The notes under the pieces are model-generated. The model made no database searches, was not told the DNA's origin, and saw nothing but the letters and a program-made list of their open reading frames with translations. Below, in pieces: positions 61,001 to 64,000 of a DNA stretch of 64,000 bases. The position numbers were made by a program, and so were the translations under genes. This stretch comes from Massalongia carnosa (Eukaryota). The stretch lies in assembly GCA_965645245.1 (NCBI GenBank), contig OZ287068.1:3472001-3536000 (forward strand), in the 5' to 3' direction. Position 1 is the first letter of the stretch, and each line of letters opens with the position of its first letter.

Positions 61001-62634
61001 AGCGCGGGGCAGATGTGATGATTACGGAAGAGGTGGTGAAGGCAGCGGCGGGATTCGGAGGGAAAGAGGTGATGACCCTCTTGCTTGAGCAGCGCGGGGC
61101 AGATGTGATGATTACGGAAGAGGTGGTGAAGGCAGCGGCGGGAAATTTCTGGAATGGGAAAGAGGTGATGACGCTCTTGCTTGAGCAGCGCGGGGCAGAT
61201 GTGATGATTACGGAAGAGGTGGTGAAGGCAGCGGCGGGAAGGTTCGGGAATGGGAAAGAGGTGATGACGCTCTTGCTTGAGCAGCGCGGGGCAGATGTGA
61301 TGATTACGGAAGAGGTGGTGAAGGAAGCGGCGGGAAATTCCTGGAATGGGAAAGAGGTGATGACGCTCTTGCTTGAGCAGCGCGGGGCAGATGTGATGAT
61401 TACGGAAGAGGTGGTGAAGGCAGCGGCGGGAAATGAGGAAAATGGGAAAGAGGTGATGACGCTCTTGCTTGAGCAGCGCGGGGCAGATGTGATGATTACG
61501 GAAGAGGTGGTGAAGGCAGCGGCGGGAAATTCCAGGAATGGGAAAGAGGTGATGACGCTCTTGCTTGAGCAGCGCGGGGCAGATGTGATGATTACGGAAG
61601 AGGTGGTGAAGGCAGCGGCGGGAAATGAGGAAAATGGGAAAGGGGTGATGACGCTCTTGCTTGAGCAGCGCGGGGCAGATGTGATGATTACGGAAGAGGT
61701 GGTGAAGGCAGCGGCGGGAAATGAGGAAAATGGGAAAGAGGTGATGACCCTCTTGCTTGAGCAGCGCGGGGCAGATGTGATGATTACGGAAGAGGTGGTG
61801 AAGGCAGCGGCGGGATTCGGAGGGAAAGAGGTGATGACGCTCTTGCTTGAGCAGCGCGGGGCAGATGTGATGATTACGGAAGAGGTGGTGAAAGCAGCGG
61901 CGGGAAGGTTCGGGAATGGGAAAGAGGTGATGACGCTCTTGCTTGAGCAGCGCGGGGCAGATGTGATGATTACTGAAGAGGTGGTGAAGGCAGCGGCGGG
62001 AAATGAGGAAAATGGGAAAGGGGTGATGACGCTCTTGCTTGAGAAGCGCGGGGCAGATGTGATGATTACGGAAGAGGTGGTGAAGGCAGCGGCGGGAAAT
62101 GAGGAAAATGGGAAAGAGGTGATGACGCTCTTGCTTGAGCAGCGCGGGGCAGATGTGATGATTACGGAAGAGGTGGTGAAGGCAGCTGCGACATGCGGGC
62201 AAGATGGGGTCTTAAAAATAATCGAAGAAAAGTTTAAGATCTCCCCTTCTAAAGAAGAATGGTCGATCGCCCAGTTTTATAACGCAGCAAAATTTGGAAA
62301 GGCGGATACAATCCAGAAACTACTAGCAGAAGGGGTCAAACCTGATCTAAAAAATTCTCGGCATGTGTCTCCACTTTGGATTTCCGCAGCAAATGGCCAC
62401 CTTAGAGTAGTTCAACTACTACTTCGTACTAAAATTGTCGACGTCAATGCGAAGAGTATATATGGGCGGCCTCCTATCTTTTGGGCAGCAGCAGAAGGTA
62501 ACGAAAATATCGTGAGACTATTGCTGACAGCAGGGGCAGATCGTACTCTCGAAGATATAGATGGAAAAACTCCGCTGTCGGTGGCCAAGAAAAATGGACA
62601 TGACAAGATTGCAAAAATGTTGTCTGGTGGGTAA
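58070..62634 (+). CDS. Apparently intact NLR-like protein: helical N-terminal domain, NACHT, 13 near-identical 30-32-aa repeats, C-terminal ankyrin repeats
   Basis: Seven GT-AG introns (58102-58161, 58469-58515, 58730-58777, 58892-58945, 59051-59096, 59296-59346, 59959-60014) give one frame. AALPWAGIRFLL, LWLHGIPGSGKS, VIDALDEC, GMFRWASLQL. Confidence 0.88.
60931..62190 (+). repeat. 96-bp (two 90-bp) tandem coding repeats EEVVKAAA[loop]GKEVMTLLLEQRGADVMIT
   Basis: 13 full units plus a terminal partial unit, almost invariant outside a short loop. Confidence 0.96.
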
Positions 62635-64000
62635 AAATGCAATGGCCCAGTTGAGAGAAGCTTCTTCATTGTTTATCGGGTTTCGGTGACGATCTCCTTC
62701 ATAATGATACGTCGTCTTGAGAAGCGACAGAGTATCTAGAGATCCTGTTAGAAAAGTTCAATTATGCTTGATCTGTCTCATTTGCTCGCACCGTGATGGC
62801 TGAACTTCTGACACTTATTGATGCTTGTACAACAGAAAATGTCTATCGCCCTTCAAACTGATGACAAGCCTTGTGACCGGCTCAGGCCGATGACATGAAG
62901 AGAGAGATGGAAAACAGTCCATATTCAGTTATACGCAACGAATGCGGCTCTGAGATGAAGTAAGACAATAAGACTTTAGATTGAAAGACAATCGATTTCA
63001 ATATCAGACGCAAATGCGCATTTGACCTTGATCATATCACGTCAGAGAGTTCGATGTGAAGGAAAGCTATCCTTCATTTCGACAATTCAACTAAACGATT
63101 ATTTGTCGTTGAGGTTCATATTATGCATGACACGAATTCCTTCTTGATCGTCAGTCGACGAGCTTCACATCTGATTGAAACATGGCAAGAGAAGGCAGCT
63201 ATTTCAGAAGATGAGCGAAAGGTCTTGTTAACCGATTAGACCACACTAATTGGTAGGTGGCCTGCCAATATCACCACTAATAGAAGTGTCACTCGGTTAG
63301 CAAGTGTTGCACTTAGTGAATGGCTGGCTACCGAGTACGCACAAAAGGTGATGGGATAAGATAAAATAGATATTTAGCTAGAGATGATTTCTATCATCAA
63401 CAACCATCCTAGATAAACCAGATCAATTTATTAAATCCAAAACGAGTCTCCTTTAGAACGTAAACCTACCTAACAAATAAGCTGGAAAGCTTACGCATAT
63501 CTAAGCGATAACCAGCTTGATAGGTCTAGACTCTGTCGTTGACAGTCCTGTTTCTCCTGTTGATCAGCTATGTGTGACGAGTGCTTTCAGCTCCTGAATC
63601 AGGAGCTGGAAAAGTTAAGCAGGTCCCGATATGGGAGATGAAGAACTTCTTCGCTCTTTACGCCTTTCTGCCTGGCTTCAACGCCTACCAAGCTAACAAG
63701 CAGGTTGCACTACTTTTTGAATCACATTCAATACTGCCCCACACACATTGCTTCCTCATGAAAGAAAGATCCCATAAGATACCTTGTGTATAAATATTCT
63801 CATACTAACGTTGGTACAGTGTGTCTCATCGTGAACATACTAGAAACTTCAGCTGTCTCATTCGCAGCAACTGCACCTTTCCAGTCATCTTATGAATTCG
63901 TCTCATTCGCCCCGACACGCTCTCTCATAGGCTGCTCAGCCTAGCTCACCTATCTCTCCTGCGATTTCAATTGTTCAGTCTGCGTCATCTGCTCCGTCCG

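Noticed and set aside
60928..62202. 424-aa His/Cys-rich antisense ORF
   Set aside because: It is the reverse frame of the NLR repeat array; a stop-free unit repeated gives a long ORF automatically.
62858..62900. CTGATGA followed by small hairpins, hammerhead-like
   Set aside because: No GAAA after a stem II and no stem I/III pairing found.

Overview
Filamentous ascomycete (Pezizomycotina-type) genomic DNA: short GT-AG introns, fungal NLRs, Tad1-like LINEs and chromoviruses. The window is an accessory, transposon-dense region with a 200-N gap at 6936-7135. From 1 to 19.2 kb it is a stack of nested elements. A LINE 3' end and a second Gypsy sit in an old Gypsy. A Tc1-type transposon is split by a tyrosine-recombinase (Ngaro/DIRS-like) retrotransposon and by a solo LTR, which itself holds a young intact Gypsy with identical LTRs, a self-priming PBS and a -1 frameshift signal. 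From 19.5 to 64 kb are defence/conflict-type genes, several decaying: a PD-(D/E)XK-like protein, three NLR-like genes (two with near-identical repeats and hypervariable positions, one apparently intact), an FHA-kinase with two KilA-N/APSES-like domains divergently paired with a repeat protein, a ZIP transporter pseudogene and a possible phage-type SSB-like gene. This part also holds a head-to-tail Helitron pair with a minisatellite, a near full-length LINE, solo LTRs and MITE-like remnants. Family assignments come from motif recognition by eye; no searches were run.
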